A stretch of 64,000 nucleotides of DNA from Neophaeotheca triangularis. Its lineage: Eukaryota. Positions 1 through 11,362 of the stretch are shown piece by piece (positions within the stretch are counted from its first letter, which is position 1; each line of letters opens with the position of its first letter). The notes under the pieces were generated by a model. That model saw only the letters and a list, made by a program, of their open reading frames with translations, was not told the origin of the DNA and did not search any database. The stretch spans positions 1 to 64,000 of the forward strand of contig BAAIJX010000062.1 in the NCBI GenBank assembly GCA_054600435.1, given 5' to 3'. Made by a program: the position numbers and the translations under genes.

Positions 1-2
1 AC

Positions 3-117
3 CCGCCTCAACAACCGCAACAACAGCAACAACAACAACAACTCCACCACCACCACCACCACCAACAACAGCAACAACAACAACAACAACAACCTCCTCC
101 GCACCACTTCACCCAAC

Positions 118-119
<2 letters not shown>
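3..119 (+). repeat. CAA/CAG/CAC trinucleotide tract; possibly the polyQ/polyH part of a gene entering from the left edge
   Basis: The frame from nt 3 reads PPQQPQQQQQQQQLHHHHHHQQQQQQQQQQPPPHHFTQL. A possible intron follows (GTAGGT at 196, GCTAAC at 256-261, AAG at 277-279). Coding status is unproven. Confidence 0.5.
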
Positions 120-158
<39 letters not shown>

Positions 159-180
159 CGGGGGGGGGGGGGGGGGGGGG
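119..180. repeat. C39-GC-G21 homopolymer pair
   Basis: C run 119-157 and G run 160-180, read directly; the lengths may be unreliable in the assembly. Confidence 0.85.
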
Positions 181-1815
181 AGAGAAATGGGACAAGTAGG
201 TGTCTGTAGACATGTAGGAGGGAGCTAGCGGAGGAGGTGTCGACGGGAGGAAAAGGCTAACGATTAACCTCCCATCAAGGCCCGATGCGGTGTGTATGGG
301 CCATGTGCCCCGTGCAGATCAGGACAAACTCTAAAGAGCAGAGTTTGTAATAATTAATACCGTACCAGGTTATTTTATTGTAGGTACTTGAGTGTAAGGC
401 AGCTGTTTGTACGCTCTCGCCCAATGGTATGTATGGTCACTGGAGGTATGGTGTCCTCGCCTTCGTCTTGCGGTCCAAGAGTCAGCCGCATCGATGTTGG
501 CAAATGTATGCTTCGAAGCATTCTCATGGTAGAGCGGTATCGTGACTTACGGACAGAGTCGATCATAAAAGGTACCCGCGCATAGTAGACGGCATGGGGT
601 AGAAGAATGTGTCAATACCTTAACCGGTCGGCCATGTTCATTATTCATATTGACCCGACAGTTTCAAGACTCATGATTCATCAACAACTCGAGAGTGTCG
701 TCGGACAAGTCCGCTGCCCACAATAACAGTCAATTGTTCAAACAAACACATCGGGAGGACAAACAACGGAGGCGGCAAAAGGGCCTAGCCGCCCAGGCCG
801 AAGAAGAAGGCGACCGCATCTTGAACCGTGAGCAAAAACGTTGGTGACTCTCGCGCAAGCCACCTGCATGCACGAGCAAGGAGCAGCAAGAGCAAGACGC
901 GAGATGAGGCCGTCGGGAAGCTGTCTCCGACCGAGCCTCTAACAAGCCTCTTCCCCCACCCTCCACTTTCACGCCACGCTTTCATCAGCCTTGTTTCGAA
1001 TAACCACCAGACTCACCGCTCCTCTCTCACCAAGGGCAGTCACTTCAGAATCCTCACTCTGCGCTATGTACATACAGTACAGCACAGTACAGTACAGATA
1101 AGGAGAGTTTACCTATGTACTAGCATATGTTCAGCCGTGGGGTGGTATTAATATTATCATTGACTTTCGAGGCGAAGCGGTTGAGCGGACGGCTCCCGAG
1201 GTCGTTTTGACATCTAGTCAGGTAGGTAGGGTCGAGCTGGTCTTGCTTTTCGCTTTGCTGCCGGGATCCTTGGTTGCGATGAATGATAATAATGTGTGAT
1301 GGTATGCCATCTTTAATCTTTCTACATTGTTATCGTTGCCATCGATTGAAACTTCATGATGCAGCGCGTCGCTCCACCGCTCCTAATCAACGGCAAAGTG
1401 GATACAGACTACAGTAGTACGTACTGTCAAAACATCAACTCCACCCCATCGACCCTCGAGTCTCGACCCACAAGATCAGGTGAGATCCTCAACTCCCTCC
1501 GTCCCGCTCTGCTAGGTACCTAGGTTTTTGCTTCCTGCACGCCATTGTACATATGCAGCTGCTTCTAGCTGCAGAGGCTCAAACAGCCTAACGACACCAC
1601 TGCGCCCTTCTCGCTGCAGAAGCAAGGTATAATCGCCATCACCGCACCAAAAGCCCCTGCCTTCTCATCTCTCAAGTCTCAACAGCTTCCCATGGAAACG
1701 GGCGCAGGCCATTTTCCCCAAGGATCTGGGAGGGTGAATCGGAAAGCCAACATCTCCCAGGACATACTCGTGAATCGTAGTAGGCTCTTGGCATCCGTTA
1801 CCCTAGGGCGTGCAA

Positions 1816-4141
1816 TCATTCCTGCAAGTCACTCGGATCGGGATACCGCAAATCAGCATGCTCCTCGAGAAAATCCATCCATTCTTTCAAAAACTTCGAG
1901 CCCCTGTAGTGATGGTGAAGTTAGCACAGAATCGCGACAAGCCCATCTCTCAGCACCCGAGAAAAGGCGACCAGAAAGCAGATGGGAAACTCACTTTGCA
2001 ACCGTCTCGGAATCCCCAACAACACAGAGCTGCCTTCTCGGTCTAGTCATCGCAACATTCAGCCTCCTCTTCTCCCCCAAAAACCCCACCTCCCCTTCCC
2101 CATTACTCCGCACCAAACTCACCACCACCGCCTCCTTCTCCCTGCCCTGGAAACCATCCACACTCCCCAACTCCAGCCCCACAAACCGCTCCTTCATCAA
2201 CTCCGCCAGCACCGCCAATTGCCCATTATAAGGCGTGATAACGGCAATATCCTCCGCCTTGACACCCGCCCCGACCAAGTCCCCAACATGCTTGAGCACC
2301 AGCGCCGCTTCGTGAGTGTTGACTTTGCTCTCGGCGAGTAGCGCGCTCTTGCCGCTTTTGCCGTTGCCACCACCGGGCTCTTCGTCTTCGACTTTCTCCG
2401 GGAAGTCGCCACCCTGGGTGTCGTAGAAAATAAGCGGTTCGCGAGTGTCTTCGGTGTCTTGGACGCCCGTGTCGGAGTAGGGGAGTTGGGTTAGGAGCCG
2501 GGTTTGGACGCTTTCGGCCGCGAGCAGTTTGTTTTCGTAGAGAGCTGCCGAGGGGTAGGCCATGATTTGTGAGTGCATGCGGTACTGGGTTGTGAGCATG
2601 CGTTTGATTTTTGTGCCGTGCATGGCGAGAAGGCGGTCGAAGAGGGTCGTTTCGAGGGTCGTCTTGTCTTCTTTGCTGTTTTTTGTGAGCTTGGGGGGTT
2701 TGTCGTCTTTGGTCTTCTTGTTGAGGTCTAATTTCTCGACGCCTTCTGAGGGATCTTTCGTGTCGGCTTTGGCTGGTTTGCTGGGTTTGGGATCCTTCAT
2801 GTTCAGGCTTTTAATCGTCGGGGGTAATTGGAGGTGGTCGCCTGCCAGAACCAGCTTCTCCGCGCTACTGTTGAGTACTGGTATCCAACATTGCGCCTCT
2901 AGAGCCTGACTCGCCTCGTCGACTAACACAACATCGAATCGTTCGTTCTTGAGATGGAAGCCTCCCGCTCCGTGCAATGTACTCAGCACGACCTTGCTGC
3001 TTTTGAGAAGGTCTCCTACCACTCTAGCCTCGCGCTGTCGATACTCCTTCCGCAGCTCCTTCATTTCGCCATAGATCGCACGCCTTTCCCTGCCGTTGCG
3101 AGTCTTGCTGATAGATGCTTGCTTGGCATCCATTTCGGCGCGAACATCTGTTACGATTGCGCTTGCGTCTGAGGTCTTTGTGAGCACTTCCAAGCTGTGG
3201 TTGAGCACGCTTGGCAGTAGACGAGCTGGATGGCCTAGGCGAACGATCGGCACCTTGTGAGGAGCAAGCCGCTCGACGATGTTGTCGACACTGATGTTTG
3301 ATGGTCCGCAGACCAGAAGGCGTTTGTTTTGAGAGACGAGCTGCAGAATCAGCTCAATCAGAGTGTGCGTCTTGCCTGTCCCGGGGGGTCCATGGATCAA
3401 CGCAATCTCCCTGGAAGCCAAGGCAAACGCTACCGCTTCCTTCTGACTGTCATTCAAGGACGGATCTCGCCACTTAATCTTCTTGACATCCAAATCCGAA
3501 TCACTTATAGGAGTTGCAGAGCTGTGACCGAATAAAACCTGCGTCAAACTGCTATGCTCTGAAGGCTGCATCTTCTGCAGCTTTGTCATGGTCTGCGAAA
3601 GGCGTTTGTGCGTGACATCGTTGGCGAGCTTGACTCTGTATGAAGGAGATGAAACCCATCAGCTTACCTTCGTCGTACCTACCGCAGCTTTCGCACCGTG
3701 AGAGACCTACAGCCATAGCTTGCCGCTCGGAACATCAGGCTCATCCTTGTCCAACGCGACCGTGATGTGCTCCCGCTGGACTTTCGTAACAACCCCTTCA
3801 ATCCCTCGCTTCTCCATGCCCTCGCGCTCTTTCTTACGTTCCGCGCCTTTTGGCTGCTCTGCAACGCCTACAATGTCACCGACTCTGAGGCCATGTTCAG
3901 GTAGTTCGCTGTGCCCTAAAGTGGGGTCTAGGCCAAGTTCAAGTAAGGTCTTGCCGCCGAAACCAGTTCGTTGCGATGAGAGCGCGAGGTTGAGCACGGC
4001 CAGCCCGGCACGCTGGAGAGTGGTGGGCGCATGGGTCGAGGTGAGAAGGGTGGTTTCGTCTAACTCAGCGTCCAGTTCTTTCTTGAGCAATGACAGTTGC
4101 GACGTTGCGAAGGCCGAGATGTCGGTGCCTTCTATGGCCAT
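1816..4141 (-). CDS. HCS1: SF1 (Upf1-like) DNA/RNA helicase, Hcs1/IGHMBP2(SMUBP-2) family; 3 exons (4141-3711, 3635-1995, 1903-1816), 719 aa
   Basis: Motifs LNDSQKEAV, IHGPPGTGKT (Walker A), VDEASQ, LAGDHLQLPP, LTTQYRMH, VITPYNGQ, SVDGFQGREKE and RRLNVAMTR. Introns 3710-3636 (GTAGGT..CAG) and 1994-1904 (GTGAGT..GCTAAC..CAG) join in frame; ends GSKFLKEWMDFLEEHADLRYPDPSDLQE*. Confidence 0.93.
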
Positions 4142-5477
4142 GATTTCTTTGAGATTCTGCTGGAGACTAAGGCCCGCTGGGCACCACGAGCTGAATGTTA
4201 CTGATGCTAGCAGCGTGTCAAATTGTGAGGAAACATATGTTGCCCTTGAGCAGAGGAAGTCGTCACGATTGGGTGAATGTATGGCTTCCTATTCCGGCTA
4301 GCGCATTCTATCTGTGTCTAGCACCTCGGGACCTACACTACCTACTGTACCTTAGATTCCTGAGACCGCGGTACTACTAGTACTTCGACTTGGGACGATT
4401 ACCGACTTCTAGAGACAACCGCGTCGGCTTGCGGATTTAAGAGCGCCCGGCGCTTTGTCGCTGCTAGGTTGAATGTCGCGTCTTGATTCTCACCGGTCAA
4501 CGCCACAGCCAATGGAAAGACCAGTCTACAATGCTCACACGTACTATCAATCCGAGCATGTTCCTTTCTTCTCGGCTCGGATCTCCATGCCTCCCAAGAA
4601 AATTCTTCATTCTTGGAGCGCGCGGCGTCTGGGTGGTTTCTTCCTCCAACATTGAAGTATTGCGGAAGCCATGGGGGCACTGGTTACATGAGTGATATGC
4701 ACCGCATCATTCCGTGGCATACACATAATCCTTCTTCGGATAGCGGACTCTCAAAGGCAACGCATAGTAACATGTGTGCCGAGCACGAACGTGCCGGAAA
4801 CACGCAAGAATGCACCGGTGAGCCTAAATTGAGAACATCGAGCCAAGGCAGCTAGAAAACGAGTGTGTTTCCCGAAAGACAGCCCTTTGGAATCGGTGCT
4901 TCGAATCGAGCATCAAGAATAGACGCTTGGGTGGCAGTACAACCTCGACGCCGTTCGCGCCCACTGTCCGTGCAATAGAGCCTCACGCTTCAGGGTGATC
5001 ATACTTCGACCACACGAATGCCGCCAACAAAGCCCAGCGAACCTTTGAGGCGCGGGGAGTTGGCATTCTTGAAGGAGTCTGGTGCCTGAATGGATCGTAT
5101 GCCACTAGATGGGCAGACGGGATGGTAACTGTGACACAAGCTACCCTCAACTCAGCTAATCCTTCGCTGAGACTTTCTTACCGGACTCCATTTGTCAAGC
5201 GTCAGGACTAGAGACCGGAGATCCGTTTGACAAGGCAGTATGCCAGAGTAGCACCGTCGTAAGCGCAGCGTTCCTTCGCCAATCCTTTCTGGGGCTGAGC
5301 TGGGTAGTTGAGACAATTTCCTTCACGATCAACACCAACACAAATGCCCAGTCCTTGGGATGATTCCCCATGAGGCAGTGTTGAGAAGGCATAAAAGCCG
5401 CAACCACGCACCTCAACATCGTTTTCCTTGTCCTCATTACAGCTCGGTTCTCATTCTCATTAAATAGGAAACATTCA

Positions 5478-5503
5478 AACATCACCCAACATCACCCAAC
5501 ATC
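5478..5503 (+). repeat. short tandem repeat (AACATCACCC) x2.6 just upstream of the secreted-protein ATG
   Basis: aacatcacccaacatcacccaacatc read directly. Confidence 0.7.
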
Positions 5504-5516
5504 TTTCTCCTCCGCT

Positions 5517-6183
5517 ATGATGTTCTCCCCCTTGAAGATCATCATTGCCATTACACTCTTATTTCTGCAAGTGAATGCCTGGACCCTGGATATATGGGGC
5601 GTCCCTCAATGCTCAAACGCCGGTAAGACTCTACCGCTTTCGTTCCTTCTGCATAACAAAGTCAAGTACTGAGCACACTCTAGGGAAACCCCGAAGGACA
5701 GAGAGAGGAACCACAGACTCGGCCCGCGGAGAGGGCCGCTGCTTCAATATGGCTAAACTCGCTCGAGGCTTCATCTTTGATCAACGCAACGACCAAGGTG
5801 TGCCCGGCGACTGCATCGCCACGATGTACGAACGCGACAACTGTCAGGACTCCGATGCCATCAGGAACAGCATTGGCGCTTGTGGCAGATGCACGAACCA
5901 TTACGGCATCGATCTAGGCGGCCTCGCGGTGAACAAATGGAGGTCAGTTAGAGTTCGCTGTGGAGAGTCAAGCTGTGGCAGTGCGGGCGGGAGCTGGGAT
6001 TGCGGAGTGAATTGTGGAGGTCTGGTTCGACGTACTGATCTCAACAAGACGAGTGGAGACGAAACGATGGTCTTTGAAGACCTGGAGCCTTGGACGGATG
6101 AAGAATTCTATGAGGTTCCGTACAGTGCAGATGGAAAGGCGAAGACTGAGGAAGGCCATCATGGACGACGCTTTACAGCCTGA
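5517..6183 (+). CDS. small secreted cysteine-rich protein (effector-like), 2 exons (5517-5622, 5684-6183), 201 aa
   Basis: Exon 1 gives the signal-peptide-like MMFSPLKIIIAITLLFLQVNA-W. The 61-nt intron (GTAAGA..ACTGAG..TAG) joins in frame to ORF 5575..6183. Ten Cys in the mature part. Confidence 0.8.
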
Positions 6184-6729
6184 GCACCGCGAGCGTCGTC
6201 ACGTGTATGGGAATGCAAAGTCTGCGCCTGTTGTGACAGAGGAGCGACGGTTGGGAGGACCGGTAACAAGAACAACGAAATGGGCACATCGTGTCTAAGA
6301 CTGTCGTTTATGCAGAGTACTTCCGATTCAATGACTTGATGATTTGTTTGACGATTCCAAAGCCCCCTCCCCGGATCTGAAAGATGGTTGAAACGCTGCA
6401 CCAAGAGATATTTGCTTGTTTGTAAAGCCGATCATACTGGACGTAAAGCGTAGAAGGCGTAATCATCTGGCAAAGCAGTGCCTTGAGAGTGCAGGGGTTA
6501 AAGAGCAAAAAATGTACCATTCCCCATGAGGCTAGCGTGCCCCCCTGTCAGTGCCTGAAGAAGACCTCGACTCGACGTCCAACTTGACAAGGCGACACGC
6601 TTGCTATGTAACATATCCCAAAAACCGCTCGCCTCCGCACATCTCAGATATCTAGCATTTATTAAGAAAAAGCGTTTTGTTGAACATCACCAACTAGATG
6701 CTGTCTTTGCTTTGAGAATCCCAACTCCG

Positions 6730-7950
6730 ATGAGCACGTTGCCATCTTCCGCGGACGCTCCTCTCTCGACCAATTGCCATCGCGAAGAATTATCTATGAA
6801 CGAAAAACATCCGCTCCTGGAGAGGGAGAGCCCAGGCTTGCCGTACGATGGTTCTCTCACCCAAGCTCCCTGGAAGACCTTTCTCCGCCGACGATCTCGA
6901 AGTTGCGACCATGAAGAGCCACTCGGCGAATGCTGGATGTCAGGCATCCACGACGACATCATGGTATCCTCGCTCTCTATCCCAGGAACCCACGACAGCG
7001 CGGCATTCACGTCGAGCGTCCCGTTTATATCGACCCAAAACCTCAACATAACCCAGCAGTTGGACCTTGGCATCCGGTACTTTGACTTACGATGTGGCCT
7101 CCGCGAAAACATCGTAGAAATGGTCCACGGTATTAGCTTCCTCGGTCTCCGCCTCGAACAAGTGCTAGAAGCCATGTACACCTGGCTAGGCACGCACCCC
7201 ACCGAAGCACTCATAGTGCAGATCAAACACGACCGCGAGGACGAGAAATCGTCCATTCACTTCTCCCAAGGCATCATCAATACCCTGACCCAGCACTCGG
7301 AACGCTGGCGAACCGCAAATACGACGCCCACGCTTGGTGAGCTGAGAGGCAGGATCCAACTCTTCCGACGCTTCGCGGGCAGTTGGCTGCATGCTTATGG
7401 CATTGACGTGTCCCGCTGGCCAAACAACCCCGAGTTGCCCTTCACGATCCACACCTGGCGTGACGTGCAGGTCACTATCCAGGACCACTACACGTGTCCT
7501 TCCGCCGAGTCGCTCCCCTCAATGATCTTGAAAAAGGGCGGGGATGTGGCCGGGCTGCTGAAAATGGCTTCGACGGACGTTCTTCCTGCGCATTGGTATA
7601 TCAACTTCACCAGCGCGTACGAAATCAATATCTGGCATCAACTAACTCCGCGAGAGATTGCGGTGGGAGATTGGTGGGGGTTCAAATGGGAAGAGGGCAT
7701 CAACGTTCGTCTGAGAAATTCTCTTCAACGCCAACCGGGGAGGAGGCGGTATGGTATTATCGCGATGGACTATCCTGAGCTCGGGTCTGATGATCTGGTC
7801 ACTACTGTTATCAAGGCGAACTTTGGCGAGAAAAGCGACTGGTGCGAGACTCTGCTTTTCGTTCTACCCTTGCTGATATTGATTACCTTTCTTGTGGTCG
7901 GTGTGGTTTTCTACTTTGACAGCAGCGCGGTTGATCACTCTGTGTCGTAG
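6730..7950 (+). CDS. bacterial-type phosphatidylinositol-specific phospholipase C (PI-PLC X domain) with C-terminal TM helix, about 406 aa
   Basis: Motifs LSIPGTHDS, TQNLNITQQLDLGIRYFDLR, VHG, PTLGELRGRIQLFRRF, IQDHY, WYINFTSA and GIIAMDYP; hydrophobic LLFVLPLLILITFLVVGVVFYF near the end. First in-frame ATG at 6730. Confidence 0.88.
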   Translation: MSTLPSSADAPLSTNCHREELSMNEKHPLLERESPGLPYDGSLTQAPWKTFLRRRSRSCDHEEPLGECWMSGIHDDIMVSSLSIPGTHDSAAFTSSVPFISTQNLNITQQLDLGIRYFDLRCGLRENIVEMVHGISFLGLRLEQVLEAMYTWLGTHPTEALIVQIKHDREDEKSSIHFSQGIINTLTQHSERWRTANTTPTLGELRGRIQLFRRFAGSWLHAYGIDVSRWPNNPELPFTIHTWRDVQVTIQDHYTCPSAESLPSMILKKGGDVAGLLKMASTDVLPAHWYINFTSAYEINIWHQLTPREIAVGDWWGFKWEEGINVRLRNSLQRQPGRRRYGIIAMDYPELGSDDLVTTVIKANFGEKSDWCETLLFVLPLLILITFLVVGVVFYFDSSAVDHSVS

Positions 7951-8159
7951 CAGAGAATCAGATACTTTGGAAGCTCAACCTGCAGGCTCAATGACCCGGA
8001 CCACCATCTCCCGGCGCGATCGGCAGACGTACGCAGGAGCACCTTGATGGATCGCCAGCTATACAAAAGCTACGAAACGCTCCCGCGGGTTGTGCCACGG
8101 GGCCCCCACTACAGGCAATCCACGCTCGCCAGAAACGCTCACAAAACCTACCCACCACC

Positions 8160-9548
8160 TTACGGCTCGCCAGGCCAGACATCATCCGCAATGCTACGGA
8201 CCAACTTCAACTTCTTCACCATGTCATCCCAGCCGAGCAAGTTGCCATCTTCGTGAGATGCAAATCCGCATTGCGGGCTCACACCCAATCGCTTGACAGC
8301 CTGCTCCTTACTTTGGCCGCTCCCGGAAGCCACAATCTCCGCAGCCTGCCAGATCCTCTCCTTCATCTTCTCCTTGTCCTCCATTTCTGGGAATTTGGAC
8401 GTAATGACACCAAGAATGCAGTTCTTGTCTTTGGGCAACTCCTTTAATGGCTCAAAACCTCCGGCCCGTTCGGTGTCGTACTCGAGGTAGTAAGTACCGA
8501 CGTTGAGGTTGTTGAAGAGCTTGGTGGCGATGCGATCATAGCCGCCTTCGCTGAAATGTCGGCTGTTCACGAAGTTGCCGCGACACAGATGGATGCCGAG
8601 GTGCATGTCGGCGGGTCGTTTGAAGCAATCGTTGTAGAAGGCAATGTAAGCATCGAACAGCTCCTCGGCGCTGCGAGTGTTCATGGGGTCCTTCTTCCAG
8701 CCCTCGAGCATCTTCTCCGAGCAGAAATCTGCAACGCGTCAGCGCTCAGCACTTCGAACAAACCCGCCGTCAACCCTCCCGAGGACAACTCACAAGCCAA
8801 GTTCGGATCATCAACCTGCGCATTCCTCAGCCCGGCCTGGTAGAGAATCTCCAACTCCTTCTGATACGCCTTGGCAATATCGGCGAAATAAATTTCGTCC
8901 GAGGAGTAGACATCCTTCGGGTACGCTTTGCCCTCCTTGTACCGAAGGTGATACCAGTTCGGCGCTGCGAGCGTGAGCTTCAAATCTCCGTGCTTCTCCT
9001 TAGGCGTGATGCTCTTGAGGTACTCGAACTGCTCGATATAAGAGCTTTTGCCGCTGTGGCTGATCTTGCCCGTGCAGATGACGGACTCGCCGGGGACTTT
9101 TTCGGCTTCCAGGAAAGCCGCAATATCTGGGACCTGGGGCTTGTTCAGCGATTATCCCACCGACCGCTGGGGCTGGTTGGCGGCACTAACATATTCGCGA
9201 AAGATCTTGGCATCCGGGCCAGTGATTTCTTCCATGCCGTTGAGGCTGGGGAAGAAAGTGCCTGCGAGTGTGAAAACACATCAGCTCCACGTGTTGCGGT
9301 CTTGCGTGAGATCTTGACGAACCCCAAAACATATGTCTACGGTACTCCCCATCGCTGATAGAGTGGATGCCGCAATCCTGCTGGACCTTGACAATCTGCT
9401 GCACACTCTCGTCTTCGAGCTGGGGCAAACCCTCGCCCGAGTCTTTGTTCTGCTGGATCGCGTGGCGTTTGTCCAGGAGCTTGGAGGGGCGGAGCAAGCT
9501 CCCCAGGTGCTCTGCTCGGAAAGGAGGGTTGCGAGGTGCGGCTGACAT
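8160..9548 (-). CDS. cobalamin-independent methionine synthase-like protein, single catalytic barrel (YxjH/MetE C-terminal type); 4 exons (9548-9323, 9261-9191, 9133-8794, 8728-8160), 401 aa
   Basis: Motifs RAEHLGSLLRP, SDGEYRR and QVDDP, with Zn-ligand motifs IHLCRGN, YLEYD and SPQCGFAS. Three GT-AG introns (GTTCGT, GTTAGT, GTGAGT) restore one continuous frame. Confidence 0.9.
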
Positions 9549-10030
9549 GTTTGGAGCTGTCGACTTGTGGATTGGAAGTTTTCAGCTTTGAACAATTGGG
9601 TGGTGATTTCTTTTGGAGATGCGAGGAAGTGGGAAGAATAAGACAGGAAACAGTAGTATGATAACCTCTTCTCCGATCTGCTCTGCCCTGGTTATGAGAG
9701 CTCCCCTCCCTCCCCCACTATAAACAGCCGGCCGGCATTTGAAGTGGACGTGGGGCAGCAGACTCAGCCCATGCCCCACCTCCTCCCCAATGAGCTTTGC
9801 CGGGAAAAGGCCACACCATTGGCCCGTGACGAAGAAGACGGGACAACTGCCGACTACCTTCACTACCTAGGAGGTACTCTTGAGTCTTGCTAAAATGTTT
9901 CCGCTCTCCTCGCTCAGGCATGAAAACAACACCATCACCAAAACATTACAGTAGGTCAACTCAGGTAATTACCCCAGCCCCCATTGCAGTCTTCCCAGCG
10001 CCCTACTTCCCACACACTACTATTCTTCAC

Positions 10031-11362
10031 TCACCGATTACTCAAAAGACCCAAAGCAATCATCCCAATCGACAACAGCAGCAGCAAGAAAATCAGCATA
10101 AAGACTCCAAAAATTCCCCATTTCTGCTTCTGCTCCGCTTTCGAAAGCCTTCTGCCATGGCGACGGTTTCCTTTCCCCGGCCAAAGCGGGAGGCAAGAAA
10201 TCGATGGCGAAGTTGGAGTCTTGTGCGTATGTTTGCGCAGTAGGGCACGGGGAGGCTGGTAGTCGGATGGCGGAATCCTGCCGCCGGTCGCTGGCTGCTC
10301 TTGCTGTCTCGCGCTCTCTCGGTCTGAAACCGGAGCGCTATCATTCCCGCTTCCATTCGTCGAAACCGCGCCATCGTACACTCGTCCATGCTGGCAGGTA
10401 TCCGTGGCGTCCGCGTCCCTTGGCCCCGTTGCCAACATCTGCGTCCACCACGATGCCGAATTACGCCCACTGAGTTCCATTGACCTGTTTCTTGCCCTCA
10501 CCCTCCTTACTCTTGGTGGCGGGAGCATGGGGGGCAAGCTGGTATCTCGCTGGGTTGCGGTTGCTTCGGCGTAGGTAGGTAGTCTGTCGGTATTGCGTCT
10601 TCCTGTGGGGTTGAGTTCGCATCTGGGTGTGGTGTAAGGCCAGTAAGTGTCATGATGGGAGCAGTCTCCGTTGCTAAATCGACTTCTTGGCGCACGAGTG
10701 TGCTCCTAGCCACCCAGTCTACGGCGATGGCTTTCCCTATCGTGAACGCGTCTGGCAGTCGCCGGCAAGCGGTAGAGTGGTATAGGCGGTGATTGAGCTG
10801 CAGAGTCGCCTTCAGACTCTAGGACATCGCTATCAGACAGGCTCTTCCAGCCCTCCGCCCTCGTCCAGGAAGCGATGGCATAATTCTCCGGCTGCCGTGG
10901 ATATGACTCGCCGACGACCCAATCCCGCCCCTCGCCGCCCCCTCTCAAGGCACCTCCCCCACTACTACCACATTCCCCATCCGGTTCCCACCCCCGCACC
11001 CTATCCCCAGCTCCCCCCTCCAGCCCGCCCACTCCGAATCCCCTCGCACTCTCACCATCCCTCCACCCTCCATCCCCCTCTCTACCAATCCCCCCAAAAG
11101 GCCAACTCCCCGCCATCCCCTCCCGATGAATCCGCAAGCTCTCCTCCCTCCCCTCCCGCCCGGTACGCAAAACACGCAAAGCTCTACCGTCTCGTCTGGT
11201 TTCTGCGCGACAAGCCCGGCGGGGAAGTCGCTCGGCTGGAATGACGGCGGGTGAAGGTCCAGATCCAGGGGTTGAGGGACGGAGATAGCGGATTAGGGGA
11301 TTGGTCTGGGCAGGGGGTGGTGTGAGTTCTGGCGACAGGGTTGGGGTATGGGGATCGGACAT
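10031..11362 (-). CDS. hypothetical low-complexity protein with an LPTY motif and C-terminal TM helix; 443-codon frame interrupted by one TAG at 10708-10706 (recoded gene or recent pseudogene)
   Basis: ORFs 10706..11362 and 10031..10537 share a frame, and the 56 codons between them are open (EHTRAPRSRF...DRLPTYAEATATQRDTS). The C-terminus is KWGIFGVFMLIFLLLLLSIGMIALGLLSNR. Confidence 0.55.

Noticed and set aside
5481..5500. ATCACCCAAC repeats as SREBP binding sites
   Set aside because: They mismatch ATCACCCCAC and lie within 40 nt of the ATG, so they are more likely ordinary 5' UTR sequence.
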